Below are positions 20,195 through 29,893 of a stretch of DNA of 64,000 nucleotides, piece by piece. Positions within the stretch are counted from its first letter, which is position 1; every line of letters starts with the position of its first letter. The stretch comes from Roseibium sp. (GTDB lineage: Bacteria; Pseudomonadota; Alphaproteobacteria; Rhizobiales; Stappiaceae), in the NCBI GenBank assembly GCA_965230445.1, contig OZ246005.1, positions 866,233 through 930,232 on the forward strand, read 5' to 3'. Under the pieces are notes generated by a model, which had not been told where the DNA came from, searched no databases, and saw only the letters and a program-made list of their open reading frames with translations. The translations under genes and the position numbers were made by a program.

Positions 20195-20692
20195 ATGCCA
20201 GCGAAAACCAAAGTTGAATTGCTAGCAGTGACCCAAAAGGAATTCGGTAAACTGCTGCGCCTACTGGATCAAATCCCGGAAGACCTCAGGACTGAAAAGG
20301 ATGCCGAAGACACGTCGCCCAAGGACATTGTCGGCCACCGGGCGCATTGGATCGGGTTGTTCCTCGGCTGGTACGCTGACGGGCAGGCAGGACGCGAGGT
20401 GTTCTTTCCGGCCAAGGGCTACAAGTGGAACCAGCTCAAGGCCTACAACGCCGATCTCCGCGCGAAACAGGCAAGCCTTGGTTGGAACGATGCCCGCCAG
20501 TTGCTTGAAGACAATCACGCAAGGCTTGTGACCCTCATGGAAGCCTGCAGCGACCAGGAGCTCTATGGCGGCCCGATGAAAGGCGCCAACAACGACTGGA
20601 CACCAGGCCGCTGGGCTGAAGCCTCCGGCCCGAGCCACTACCGCTCCGCCGCGAAGTATCTGCGGCAACGGATGAAGGACAGCACCAAGTAA
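20195..20692 (+). CDS. ClbS/DfsB-family four-helix-bundle protein (DUF1706)
   Basis: MPAKTKVELLAVTQKEFGKLLRLLDQIPE ... HRAHWIGLFLGWY ... SHYRSAAKYLRQ is typical of the family. Start chosen at the internal ATG; the listed ORF starts at 20051. Confidence 0.7.
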   Translation: MPAKTKVELLAVTQKEFGKLLRLLDQIPEDLRTEKDAEDTSPKDIVGHRAHWIGLFLGWYADGQAGREVFFPAKGYKWNQLKAYNADLRAKQASLGWNDARQLLEDNHARLVTLMEACSDQELYGGPMKGANNDWTPGRWAEASGPSHYRSAAKYLRQRMKDSTK

Positions 20693-20725
20693 CCGCCGGG
20701 GGCGTTCACTGCGGCAAGCAGCAAG

Positions 20726-21573
20726 CTAGGGCCTGTGGACATTTAGCGCAATGCGATGATGGTTGCGGCCAGGTTCCATGATGCTTGATAGCTGGCGTCG
20801 GTCTTGTCGTATCTCGTGTTTATTCCTCTGAACTCTTTGATTTTGCTGAAGTAGTTTTCAATCAGATGACGCCACTGGTAGGTTTCCACATCGTGGGGAA
20901 TGTGGACGCGGCGATTGGTTTTCGCCGGAATGACGGCTTGCGCCTGGCGCGTATCAAGGTCTTCGCGCAACGCATCGGCATCGAATGCCTTGTCGGCAAG
21001 CATGGCGCCGAATTCCAGACCGTCGATAAGGTCGGGCACACCAACAATTTCACTGCGCTGGCCGGGCAGAAGCTTGAAGCGCACCAGATTGCCTAACGCA
21101 TCGGTGAGGGCCAGGACCTTGGTGGTCAGTCCGCCTTTCGAGCGCCCGATGGCCTGATTGAGAGTCCCCCTTTTGCGCCACTCGCCTTTTGGTGGACGCT
21201 GATGATCGTGCCATCGATAAGAACATATTCAAAGTCGGGATCACCCGATACAGCCTCAAAAAGGCGCTGAAATACACCGCGTTGAGTCCATCGGCGGAAC
21301 CGCCGGAACACACTGTTCCATTCGCCAAATCCGGGCGGCAGATCCCGCCATGGGCTGCCAACGCGAACCTTCCACAGCACTGCTTCAAGAAACAGCCGGT
21401 TGTCCTTTGCTGTCCGGCCCCGGTCCCGGATACTTCCCGGAAGCAACGGTTCTATGATCGCCCAACTTCTATCCGTAATGACAAAACGTTCGCTGCGCAT
21501 CAAAGCCTCCTCAAAAGAAAGCTTGAATCACAAAAAAGACGGCCTGTGAATCCTATATGTCCACAGGCCCTAG
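20726..21573 (-). mobile_element. IS5-family insertion sequence (two-ORF, frameshifting type), copy 1
   Basis: Terminal inverted repeats GGCCTGTGGACAT at both ends (20730.. and ..21569), each flanked by CTAG. About 848 bp. Encodes the transposase below. Confidence 0.85.
20743..21503 (-). CDS. IS5-family DDE transposase, orfA-orfB joined by a putative programmed -1 frameshift
   Basis: orfA (21126..21503) ends shortly after the slippery A-AAA-GGG-GG run. The -1 frame continues AIGRSKGGLTTKVLALTDALGN... into the ORF listed at 20743..21084, which ends IENYFSKIKEFRGINTRYDK (DDE_Tnp_1 signature). Confidence 0.85.
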
Positions 21574-21943
21574 GGCCTGTGGGGGTTTAGGATTTGGATC
21601 GCGGTATCGATGAAAATCGTTCGGATCTAAAGCGTTCTCGGTTTGAATTGAACCACTTAGCGCTGCCTGAAATCAAAGATTTCAACGCGCCAAGTGGTGC
21701 TTCTGTTTCTGCAGCAATCGAAATGCTGTAGAAGCAATGTCGCTGCAAAGGCCATTCCTTTTCAAGACATTGCGCCGTGGAGCCGGGCGATTTTCATCAT
21801 ATCCCTTGCGGGACGCGGCGCTTTTGGCCCCGGATGGCGTCAGAGAGCCCTTATGGAGGTTACTCCATGGCAGTCTCTCTTCCTGATCCGCGGCCAAAAG
21901 CGTCTCGCGCCGCGACCGAAACCTAATTCCCCACAGGCCCTAG
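21570..21943 (+). mobile_element. MITE-like element, copy A (full length, about 374 bp)
   Basis: Ends are CTAG-GGCCTGTGGGGGTTTAGGATTTGGATCGCG ... CGCGACCGAAACCTAATTCCCCACAGGCC-CTAG (about 28-bp imperfect TIR). Near-identical to copies B and E. No credible CDS. Confidence 0.8.
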
Positions 21944-21954
21944 GCGGGAAGATT

Positions 21955-22980
21955 TTAGAGCCCCTGTGACTTCAGAAGCTTTTGGGTCTCCGGCATCTGA
22001 GCAAGGCTTGCCTCGATCCTTTTTCGCCAACTGGGGCCATTGGCATTTGCAGCGTCCCACGCTTCGGCCAGGTCCGCAGGGCGGATTTCGGCAAGGCATT
22101 CGATCAGAAATGCTGCCTGCGCCCGGTCTTTATGGGCTTTCAGGGCGTCTGGACCGCGCAATCGCCGGTCTGCGACAATCAATTTATGAATGGCGTACCG
22201 TTCGGGGCGCGGAACCTGGATCAGCGTACCGGAGCGGTAAAGGAGGGGCACCTTGATTGGCTCCGAGATAAGGTAGTTCAGGAAATGCAGGCTTTGCGCA
22301 TTTACTCCGAGTGCAGGCAGATCTCGAAGGGTTTCCGCTTCGCTGAAGGAGGGGGTCAAAAACTCAACCAGCGTCTGCCTTTCCGTCTGCCGCCAGCGCC
22401 AGATCTTGCCGTTCTCAAGCGATGGAACCGGAGCAAATTTCAGATCGGCAAAAACCTCCGCCAGCGGGGTTTCGACCGCGTCCGCGAGTGCGATTGATAA
22501 CCTCTCGAAACTAGCAATATCAATGTCATCAGTTGTGGCGGACTGGCGAAAGCCGATCCTGACACCGAGCTCACCCTCATAACACCGGAACGCCTGGGTG
22601 CCGACCAGAGTGCCGCCAAGGCGGAACACGCCGGTTCTGGCCATGGCAGTGAGGGCTTGCCCGGTGCCCACATCTGCAAAGAGATAGCTTTCCGCCCGCA
22701 AATTTCGCATAAGCCGGCCACGCTCGCGTTCTGCCTGTTTCTCGGCTTCGGCAATGGCAATGTGCCGGTCAAGGCGTTGGCGGAGCTCTTCCGTGTCCTC
22801 GCCGATATACCGATCTATTGTACCCGTGCCGAGCCGGTAGTGATCGTACCAGTAGGTTTTGTTGCCGACGGCCTTTTTTCTCGGGGTGCCTTTGAGGTCC
22901 GAAACGGTGCTGTCGAGCAAGGAACGTCGCAGATCTGTCCAGGCTGCCGTTCCGATTGCTGAATGAAACTGGATGGTCAA
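21955..22980 (-). CDS. Nucleotidyltransferase-fold protein resembling the GSU2403 family
   Basis: GGTLVGTQAFRCYEGELG...TTDDIDIA fits the minimal NTase G[GS]-x(n)-D-x-D pattern. An N-terminal KTYWYDHYR segment resembles that family. The likely start is TTG at 22980; the maximal ORF reaches an ATG at 23040, but its first 20 codons lie in a hairpin-rich leader. Confidence 0.55.
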   Translation of the reverse strand: MTIQFHSAIGTAAWTDLRRSLLDSTVSDLKGTPRKKAVGNKTYWYDHYRLGTGTIDRYIGEDTEELRQRLDRHIAIAEAEKQAERERGRLMRNLRAESYLFADVGTGQALTAMARTGVFRLGGTLVGTQAFRCYEGELGVRIGFRQSATTDDIDIASFERLSIALADAVETPLAEVFADLKFAPVPSLENGKIWRWRQTERQTLVEFLTPSFSEAETLRDLPALGVNAQSLHFLNYLISEPIKVPLLYRSGTLIQVPRPERYAIHKLIVADRRLRGPDALKAHKDRAQAAFLIECLAEIRPADLAEAWDAANANGPSWRKRIEASLAQMPETQKLLKSQGL

Positions 22981-23161
22981 GGGCGTTACCCCACAAAAAA
23001 TTATTCGTGGGGTATGGTAACATATCAAGCTACTCCACAAAACAAACTTTGTGGGGTAGGTCCTCCGTTACGGAGTGTGGCTGGTTCGTTCTTGACCCAG
23101 CTGCTCCAGCATTAGCCATTGGCCGGAAACTCGGCGGGCTGGAAAGCCAGTCAAAGTGGCC

Positions 23162-24763
23162 CTACGCCTCGTAGACAATCTCCCGCGTCTCCCGGAACGT
23201 CACATCCGGGAACTTGTCGGTCACGTGGCCGATTTCCCAGGCGTTCTTGAACAGGAACACCGGCTTGTCGTCGCGGTCATTGGCGATCGACATGCGGTGT
23301 GCCTCGATCATCTTCTGCAAGGTCGCCGGATCGGTCTCGATCCAGCGTGCGGTGGAATAGGGCACGGCTTCGAAACCGATTTCGGTCGAGTATTCGGCCC
23401 GTAGACGGTCCACAACCACATCCAGCTGCAATGCGCCAACCACGCCGACTATCCAGTTGGAACCGAGATCCGGCTTGAAGATCTGCACAAGACCTTCTTC
23501 TGCGAGATCCTGAAGGCCCTGGCGCATCTGTTTGACGCGCATGGTGTCAGAAAGGCGCACACGGCGCAGGATTTCCGGTGCAAAGGCGGGAAGGCCGGTG
23601 ACGTGGATGTTTTCACCTTCGGTCAACGTATCACCGACGCGGAGCTGGCCGTGGTTGGGCACACCGATGACATCGCCCGGATAGGCCAGATCGGCAATCT
23701 CGCGTTCCTCGGCAAAGAAGAAGATCGGCGCGGAAACGGCGATCTGCTTTCCGGCGCGCACATGTTTCAGCTTCATGCCGCGCTTGAACGTTCCGGAACA
23801 CAGGCGCACAAAGGCGATCCGGTCGCGGTGTTTGGGATCCATATTGGCCTGCACCTTGAAAACAAAACCGCTGACCTTGTCTTCTTCCGGCATGATCGTC
23901 CGCCCGCCGGTGGCCGGCTGGGAATGGGGCGCTGGCGCGAAAGCGGCGATGAAATCGAGTATTTCCTCAATACCGTAGTCGCGCAGAGCCGAACCGAAGA
24001 ACACCGGCGTCAGGTGACCGTCCAGAAAGCTCTCCTTGTCGAATTCGGCATAGCCTTCCGCGCCGAGTTCGACGTTTTCCGTCAGCTCTTCCATGATCCG
24101 GTCGAACACAGTGCCCGTCAGGGTCTCATCGTCCAGGCCGCTGACGTCCCTGGTCTGCGCATAGGCACCGCCGCGTTCGCCTTCGGAGGTATGGAACTTC
24201 TTGGCCTGCCAGTCATAGACGCCGAAGAAGTCGGAGCCCATGCCGACCGGCCAGGTCATTGGCGAAACGTCAAGGGCCAGCGCTTCCTGCACCTCATCGA
24301 GGATTTCCAGCGCGTGGCGGCCTTCGCGGTCGATCTTGTTGACGAAGGTGATGATCGGAATGTCTCGCAGGCGGCAGACCTCGAACAGCTTCCGCGTCTG
24401 CGTCTCGATACCCTTGGCGGCATCGATCACCATGATCGCTGCATCGACGGCAGTCAGCGTGCGGTAAGTGTCTTCGGAAAAGTCTTCGTGGCCTGGCGTG
24501 TCGAGGAGGTTATAGACAATGCCCTTGCGCTCGAAGGTCATCACCGAGGACGATACCGAGATGCCGCGTTCCTGCTCGATTTTCATCCAGTCGGACCGGG
24601 CCCGCCGCCGTTCGCCGCGCGCGCGCACCTGACCGGCCGCCCGGATGGCGCCGCCGGACAGAAGCAGCTTCTCCGTCAGTGTCGTCTTACCGGCATCCGG
24701 GTGGGAAATGATCGCGAAGGTGCGCCGATGAAGATAGGGCGCAGCGCCGTTGGCAGCGGACAT
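23162..24763 (-). CDS. prfC: Peptide chain release factor 3 (GTPase)
   Basis: 533 aa with G1 AIISHPDAGKTT, DTPGH and NKID motifs. RF3-specific length and C-terminal domains. Confidence 0.95.
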   Translation of the reverse strand: MSAANGAAPYLHRRTFAIISHPDAGKTTLTEKLLLSGGAIRAAGQVRARGERRRARSDWMKIEQERGISVSSSVMTFERKGIVYNLLDTPGHEDFSEDTYRTLTAVDAAIMVIDAAKGIETQTRKLFEVCRLRDIPIITFVNKIDREGRHALEILDEVQEALALDVSPMTWPVGMGSDFFGVYDWQAKKFHTSEGERGGAYAQTRDVSGLDDETLTGTVFDRIMEELTENVELGAEGYAEFDKESFLDGHLTPVFFGSALRDYGIEEILDFIAAFAPAPHSQPATGGRTIMPEEDKVSGFVFKVQANMDPKHRDRIAFVRLCSGTFKRGMKLKHVRAGKQIAVSAPIFFFAEEREIADLAYPGDVIGVPNHGQLRVGDTLTEGENIHVTGLPAFAPEILRRVRLSDTMRVKQMRQGLQDLAEEGLVQIFKPDLGSNWIVGVVGALQLDVVVDRLRAEYSTEIGFEAVPYSTARWIETDPATLQKMIEAHRMSIANDRDDKPVFLFKNAWEIGHVTDKFPDVTFRETREIVYEA

Positions 24764-25243
24764 GAATGATCTCCGATTAGGTCGCCCGGCCTCTCAACCG
24801 CATCCGAAACTAAAGGGAATTTGTCTCAAGTCCCTGTTTTCGGGTGGGGAGTGGCCAGCGGGCAGGGTAACTCCGTTGGATGGAGGTCTTAAATGGAATG
24901 CGTCAAAAAGGCTAGGCAGTAGCGGTGAAATAGGATTCCAACCCTAGGAACCGGCATCGGCGGAAGCGGAAACGAGCACTGCGTCGCTGAAGCTGGGGCC
25001 TTCGAGCATGTCCACGGAATGCGCTGTTCGTCACTTTGATTTATCGCCAAAGGTCCAAGGTTTATGTGGCTCTGCGCAAATATAAATCCGGAGGAATGAC
25101 TTGATTAAAGTCAATTAATCTTCTGACCGACTCAAAAATAAATCAATATCAGCCTTGCCAAAAACAAACCATTCCTGAATTCCACTTGGCGCGATTCGAA
25201 ACGGCGAGATTCACATTTGCTCCAGAACCGGGATGCAACTCAA

Positions 25244-27295
25244 ATGTCCTTAAGTAGTCTCCGGATTTCCCACGCGATCATACTCGTGGCTTTCATCCCG
25301 CTGGCGGCGACGCTCCTTTTCGCCGGTAGCCATGTCATTGAAGAGCATCGGCGCGGTCGCGAAACGAACGATCTGAGCCGGTTGATAGATCTGTCGGTCA
25401 AACTCAGCGCCGTGGTGCATGAGCAGCAAAAGGAGCGCGGTGCCACCGCAGGTTTTCTGGGAAGCGGCGGTGCGAGTTTCGTGTCCGAGTTGGCAGATCA
25501 GCGGAAACTGACCGATACCAAACACGGTGAGTTGAACGCTTTCCTGGCGGCCTTTGATCCCGAGACATACGGACCGGAATTCGAAACCGCCTTAGCTGAA
25601 ATTCTTGAGAAAACGTCTCAACTCGCGGGGATCCGGAGCCGGGTAGATGCACTCACGATCACCGGCAAAGAGGCGATCGGTTTTTACACTCAACTGAACG
25701 GTCACGAGTTGGCGCTGATCGGCTCTACGACCTCCTTGAGCAGCGATCCGGTGATCACCAGGCAGCTTTTTGCCTATGCAAACTACCTGCAAGGCAAGGA
25801 ACGCGCCGGAATCGAGCGGGCGGTAGGCTCGAATGGGCTGGCTGCCGGGAAATTTTCGCCTGAGCTGATGGACAGGTTCAAGCGGCTCATCACCATGCAG
25901 AACACGTATAGCCGCGTGTTTTTGAGCGAAGCGACAAGGGGCCACGCCGCCTTTTTCGACCAGATTATGTCCGATGCGCCCGCACAGGCCGTAAACCGCA
26001 TGCGCGAAGTGATTTTTACCGGCGGCCTCAGCGGCGAGTTTGACGGGCTGGAAGCCGGAACCTGGTTTGCGACCATCACCGAAAAGATTAATGGGCTCAA
26101 AGAGATCGAAAACGCGCTAAGCGCAGACCTGCTTGGCGCACTCGAAGCCATGAAATCCGAAGCACGTCAAAGAGAATGGCAAGCAATCATCTTGGCGGCT
26201 GTGACATGCTTTGTGGCCATTGCCTTGGCGCTCGTTGTCATACAAACGGTCAACGCTAGTTTCCGCAGCCTGGTGGCCGCGATGAAACGTCTGGCTGACG
26301 GCGATACGGATGTGGTTCTGCCAGCGTTACGCTCCAACGAAATCGGTGCCATGGTCAAATGCGTCGCAGTTTTCAGGACAAACGCAATTGAGAAAGACCG
26401 GCTTGAGAAACAACAGGCCGAGGACGAGGCGAATGCAGCGGCGGAAAAACATGTGTTCATGGAACGGCTCGCTGATGATTTCGATGTAAAGATTGGCTCC
26501 ATCATTGAGGCCGTTTCGTCTGCTTCAATCGAACTCAGCACGACGGCTGAAGCGATGGCAAATGTTTCGGAGCAAGCAAACGCGCGCGCTTCGATAGTCG
26601 CAACAGCATCGCAACAGGCGACGGCCAATGTGCAAACCGTTGCGTCTGCAGCAGAAGAAATGGCTGCCTCAATCGGCGAAATCAGCGGGCAGATGTCTCA
26701 AGCCTCTAAGGCGTCGCAGCAGGCGGTGGACCGCGCCACAAGCACCAGCGAACAGATCGAGGTTCTCTCCAACAAGGTCGAAAAAATCGGTGATGTGGTC
26801 AAGATCATTGCCGATATCGCTGAACAGACCAACCTTTTGGCTTTGAACGCTACCATTGAATCCGCCCGTGCCGGAGAAGCAGGAAAGGGGTTCGCGGTCG
26901 TCGCTTCGGAAGTCAAGGAGTTGGCGGGTCAGACCGGGAAGGCGACAGAGGACATAAACTTTCAGATTGAAGATGTGCAGACGGCGACCAAGGAGGCGGT
27001 TTCCTCGATGGCGGAAATCTCCGAGAGCATTTCAGGTTTGAATGATGTTGCCACCGCAATTGCGGCTGCGATGGAGGAGCAGGGAGCGACCACCCGGGAG
27101 ATTTCAAGAAGCGTCCAGGAGGCCGCAACTGGCACAAACGAGGTGAACGTGAACATTGCCAGCGTCAGCGAAGCCGCTCAGGAGGCGGGTGTTGCGGCAG
27201 GTGAAGTGACAACAGCTTCTCAGGAGCTGTCCGCTCAATCTGAAAGGCTCAAGTCCGAAGTCAACGGGTTCATTCAGCAGGTTCGCTCGAGCTAG
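25244..27295 (+). CDS. Methyl-accepting chemotaxis protein with a periplasmic NIT-like sensor domain
   Basis: TM1, then a sensor with [18 protein letters not shown] (NIT hallmark), TM2, HAMP and a methyl-accepting signalling domain ([40 protein letters not shown]). ATG at 25244 preferred over TTG at 25217. Confidence 0.85.
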   Translation: MSLSSLRISHAIILVAFIPLAATLLFAGSHVIEEHRRGRETNDLSRLIDLSVKLSAVVHEQQKERGATAGFLGSGGASFVSELADQRKLTDTKHGELNAFLAAFDPETYGPEFETALAEILEKTSQLAGIRSRVDALTITGKEAIGFYTQLNGHELALIGSTTSLSSDPVITRQLFAYANYLQGKERAGIERAVGSNGLAAGKFSPELMDRFKRLITMQNTYSRVFLSEATRGHAAFFDQIMSDAPAQAVNRMREVIFTGGLSGEFDGLEAGTWFATITEKINGLKEIENALSADLLGALEAMKSEARQREWQAIILAAVTCFVAIALALVVIQTVNASFRSLVAAMKRLADGDTDVVLPALRSNEIGAMVKCVAVFRTNAIEKDRLEKQQAEDEANAAAEKHVFMERLADDFDVKIGSIIEAVSSASIELSTTAEAMANVSEQANARASIVATASQQATANVQTVASAAEEMAASIGEISGQMSQASKASQQAVDRATSTSEQIEVLSNKVEKIGDVVKIIADIAEQTNLLALNATIESARAGEAGKGFAVVASEVKELAGQTGKATEDINFQIEDVQTATKEAVSSMAEISESISGLNDVATAIAAAMEEQGATTREISRSVQEAATGTNEVNVNIASVSEAAQEAGVAAGEVTTASQELSAQSERLKSEVNGFIQQVRSS

Positions 27296-27343
27296 CGAAC
27301 CATCTGCACGGAACCGGCATCGGTCTTTTTCTGCTGGCCCGGA

Positions 27344-28246
27344 TCACGGAGCCTTGAGCGAGTTTCCTTCCGGCACTCTGGTTGGCCGCATGACCAGATA
27401 GATGGCGAGGAAGATGACCGGGACCGCCGCGATCGCATTGATGGGAAGCCTCTCCGCCAATATGGCGGCTCCAAGAAGGGTCCCTATCAACGGAACGACA
27501 TAGTTCACTTGCTGAAGCCGCCCGGCGCCAATGCGCGGGATGAGATAGAAGTAGATAAGCGCGGCCAAAGCCGTGGGACCAACTCCCAGATAGACACCCG
27601 CTGTCACAGCCCCGGCATTCAACGACCCCAGGGGCGGCCAAGCCGAAAACAGGCTGACATAAACGGAGATCGACGCCGCCCCGACAAGAACAGATGCTGC
27701 GGCCATCTGGATTGGATCGTCGTAGGGAAACCTGCGCGAAAACAGCGCTGTAAACGAATAAAAGGCGGCTGCGAGCAAAAGACCTGCTTGCGGCAGAAGC
27801 CGCTCTCCCAATCCATTGACAACATCCGGTCCCACGATGAGAAGAACACCGCCAAGTCCCAGGAATGCCCCGATGACTTTTGCTGGCGTGAGCGTCTCTG
27901 AGCGGTGAGCCATAGGCGCCAGTGTGAGCGTTAATATGGGAGCCAGCCCCATGATCAAGGCTGCCAGCCCGGTTTCGACGGACTTTCCGGCGGCCGTTAT
28001 CAGCAGGAAGGGGAAGACGTTGCCGGTCACGCCAACGACCGCTGCAAGCGCCCATCCTCTTGCTCCGAGACGCAAAGACCCTCCCGTATAAAGCAGCAAG
28101 CTGATCAACAGGACGGCACCGACAACCATGCGCATGGCGACCAGGACCTCAGGTGCTAGCGTTTGAACACCTATGCCCATCGCCAGGAAGGAGCTGCCCC
28201 AGAGCCAGGCCAGCAGGCACCAAAGCCAGATATTTCGTTGCGACAT
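27344..28246 (-). CDS. DMT-superfamily (EamA-like) transporter
   Basis: 300 aa, 10 TM helices. Divergent from an HxlR regulator. Confidence 0.8.
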   Translation of the reverse strand: MSQRNIWLWCLLAWLWGSSFLAMGIGVQTLAPEVLVAMRMVVGAVLLISLLLYTGGSLRLGARGWALAAVVGVTGNVFPFLLITAAGKSVETGLAALIMGLAPILTLTLAPMAHRSETLTPAKVIGAFLGLGGVLLIVGPDVVNGLGERLLPQAGLLLAAAFYSFTALFSRRFPYDDPIQMAAASVLVGAASISVYVSLFSAWPPLGSLNAGAVTAGVYLGVGPTALAALIYFYLIPRIGAGRLQQVNYVVPLIGTLLGAAILAERLPINAIAAVPVIFLAIYLVMRPTRVPEGNSLKAP

Positions 28247-28363
28247 GACGAACTCCCAGTGGGCCGGGCGCCGGGATTTGACGATCCGGAGGAACCACGT
28301 ATGCTATTAAAAGCGAAGCGCTATCGTTTAAGTAGCGCGCTATGAAAACGATAGCAAGAGGAT

Positions 28364-28726
28364 TTGATGACCACGATTCCGACACCTGGGCAACCTGTGC
28401 GCGGGTCCCGGTCGGGCAGTCCGATCATGGCGCTGTTCGATCTTCTGGGGCGACGTTGGTCCATGGGGGTCCTGTGGACTTTGGCCGACAGGGGCCCGTT
28501 CACCTTCAGGGGACTGCAGGCGGAATGTGAGACGATTTCGCCCGCCGTTCTGAATTCCCGCCTGAAGGAATTGCAAGCCGCCGGTTTTGTCGAGCTGGGT
28601 GACGGCGGCTACCAGGTTACCGAACTGGGTCAGGAGATCTATGCAGCGCTGCTTCCGCTCTCCAAAGTCTCCAAGCAATGGGCCATGCACCTGCAGATGA
28701 AAGGCGAGGAACCGTCTAATACATAG
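28364..28726 (+). CDS. HxlR-family winged-helix transcriptional regulator
   Basis: LLGRRWSMGVLWTL...FRGLQAECE.ISPAVLNSRLKELQAAGFV is the HxlR signature. Confidence 0.85.
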   Translation: MMTTIPTPGQPVRGSRSGSPIMALFDLLGRRWSMGVLWTLADRGPFTFRGLQAECETISPAVLNSRLKELQAAGFVELGDGGYQVTELGQEIYAALLPLSKVSKQWAMHLQMKGEEPSNT

Positions 28727-28759
28727 CGTAATTCCGCCGTACCGGACAATGGCAAAACA

Positions 28760-28789
28760 AAACCCCGGGCGTCCGACCCGGGGTTTTTC
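28760..28789. terminator. Bidirectional Rho-independent terminator between convergent genes
   Basis: AAAACAAAA-CCCCGGG-cgtccga-CCCGGGG-TTTTT, between the HxlR gene (+) and the ParA-like gene (-). Confidence 0.7.
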
Positions 28790-28817
28790 GCGCTTCAGTA
28801 TTTTTCCGGGCTGCTTG

Positions 28818-29522
28818 TCAGCTGGCCCGTTTGAAGACGTGGTACCACTTTTTCTTCGGCACGGTTATGGCCCGTTCCAGCACCTCGGCGGCGTACATCG
28901 AAGCGTTTTCCTTCGCCTTTGCGACGTTGGAAACCACTTTGGTGTTTTGATCCGAAAGGCCGCCGCCAAATTCGAACAGGTCGCGGAACGCGGCGCGCTC
29001 GACGATCGGGGTCATCAGCACGTCGATGTTTTGCGCTGCGAGAAAATCCTGCACCGCCTTCATGGCCCGCGTGGTAACGGCGGCGTTGGTGCGGGTCAGC
29101 ACGACACAGTGATTGATATCGTGGCGGACGATCTTCTCCAGTTTCTTGATCAGGCTGAGGATCTTGGCACCGCCGCGGGCGTCCATGGAAGAACCCTGGA
29201 TCGGCACGACCACAAGGTCGGAAACGGAGAGCGCATTTGCAACGATCAGGTTTTCCGTCCCCTCCAGATCAACAACGACATAGTCGGAGGTTTCGGCCGC
29301 CGAAGTGATCTGCTCGGCGATCGAGGCCGGCGAAATCTGGTTGACGACCGCGATGCCCTTGCATTTTTTCGGCAGTTCGGCCCATCGGGAGATCCACTTC
29401 TGCGGATCCGCGTCGAAGAGGGTGACCTTTTGGCCTCTTGCTGCGACTTCAGTTGCCAGCAAGAGGGCTGCAGTGGTTTTTCCGGCGCCGCCCTTGGCGT
29501 TCGCGAAGGAAATGACGGGCAT
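28818..29522 (-). CDS. ParA/MinD-family ATPase (orphan; no parB nearby)
   Basis: Deviant Walker A NAKGGAGKTT and Walker B VVVDLEG. 234 aa. Confidence 0.8.
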   Translation of the reverse strand: MPVISFANAKGGAGKTTAALLLATEVAARGQKVTLFDADPQKWISRWAELPKKCKGIAVVNQISPASIAEQITSAAETSDYVVVDLEGTENLIVANALSVSDLVVVPIQGSSMDARGGAKILSLIKKLEKIVRHDINHCVVLTRTNAAVTTRAMKAVQDFLAAQNIDVLMTPIVERAAFRDLFEFGGGLSDQNTKVVSNVAKAKENASMYAAEVLERAITVPKKKWYHVFKRAS

Positions 29523-29893
29523 CTCAAAGTTCTCCTGAACGTGCCTGTTGGACCTTCAAGGTCCTTCTAGATCGCGCCGATTTTCAGGAGTTTATGGTTA
29601 CCAATTTCTTAAATTCGCAAAATGAGAGCGCTATTATCGCAATTAGTTTGTGCAGGTTTGGATAACGTTGCCAATGCCTTGTCGAAACTCAGGAGGCCCC
29701 TGTGTAAAGAGGGGCCGTCTTTACTGCATGGTTAAAAGCCGGCTGGCTGCCACAGGTGCCAGATGAGGTTGCAGGCGGCCATTGGTCGCAGGAAAACAGG
29801 CGTTTGCCCCTGTCCCGGTGGACGGTTAGGGTGGTCGGGCGGCGATTTGATGCGCGCAAGCATGGGTCTGTTTGAAACAGGGAACTTTTCAGT

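Noticed and set aside
21682-21897. Recurrent 71-aa ORF (MAADQEERLPWSNLHKGSLTPSGAKSAASRKGYDENRP...), also at 42189..42398 and 55530..55745, with the same peptide encoded inside copy B (ORF 34439..34633)
   Set aside because: It lies entirely inside the MITE copies and is encoded by the hairpin-forming segments. It has no RBS, and copy C is truncated by the internal deletion. It is most likely a by-product of repeat structure rather than a gene.
23603-24769. 388-aa ORF on the plus strand
   Set aside because: It is antisense to prfC (clear GTPase motifs). It is a shadow ORF.
28749-29570. 273-aa ORF on the plus strand
   Set aside because: It is antisense to the ParA-like gene, which has Walker motifs. 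It begins inside the terminator hairpin.
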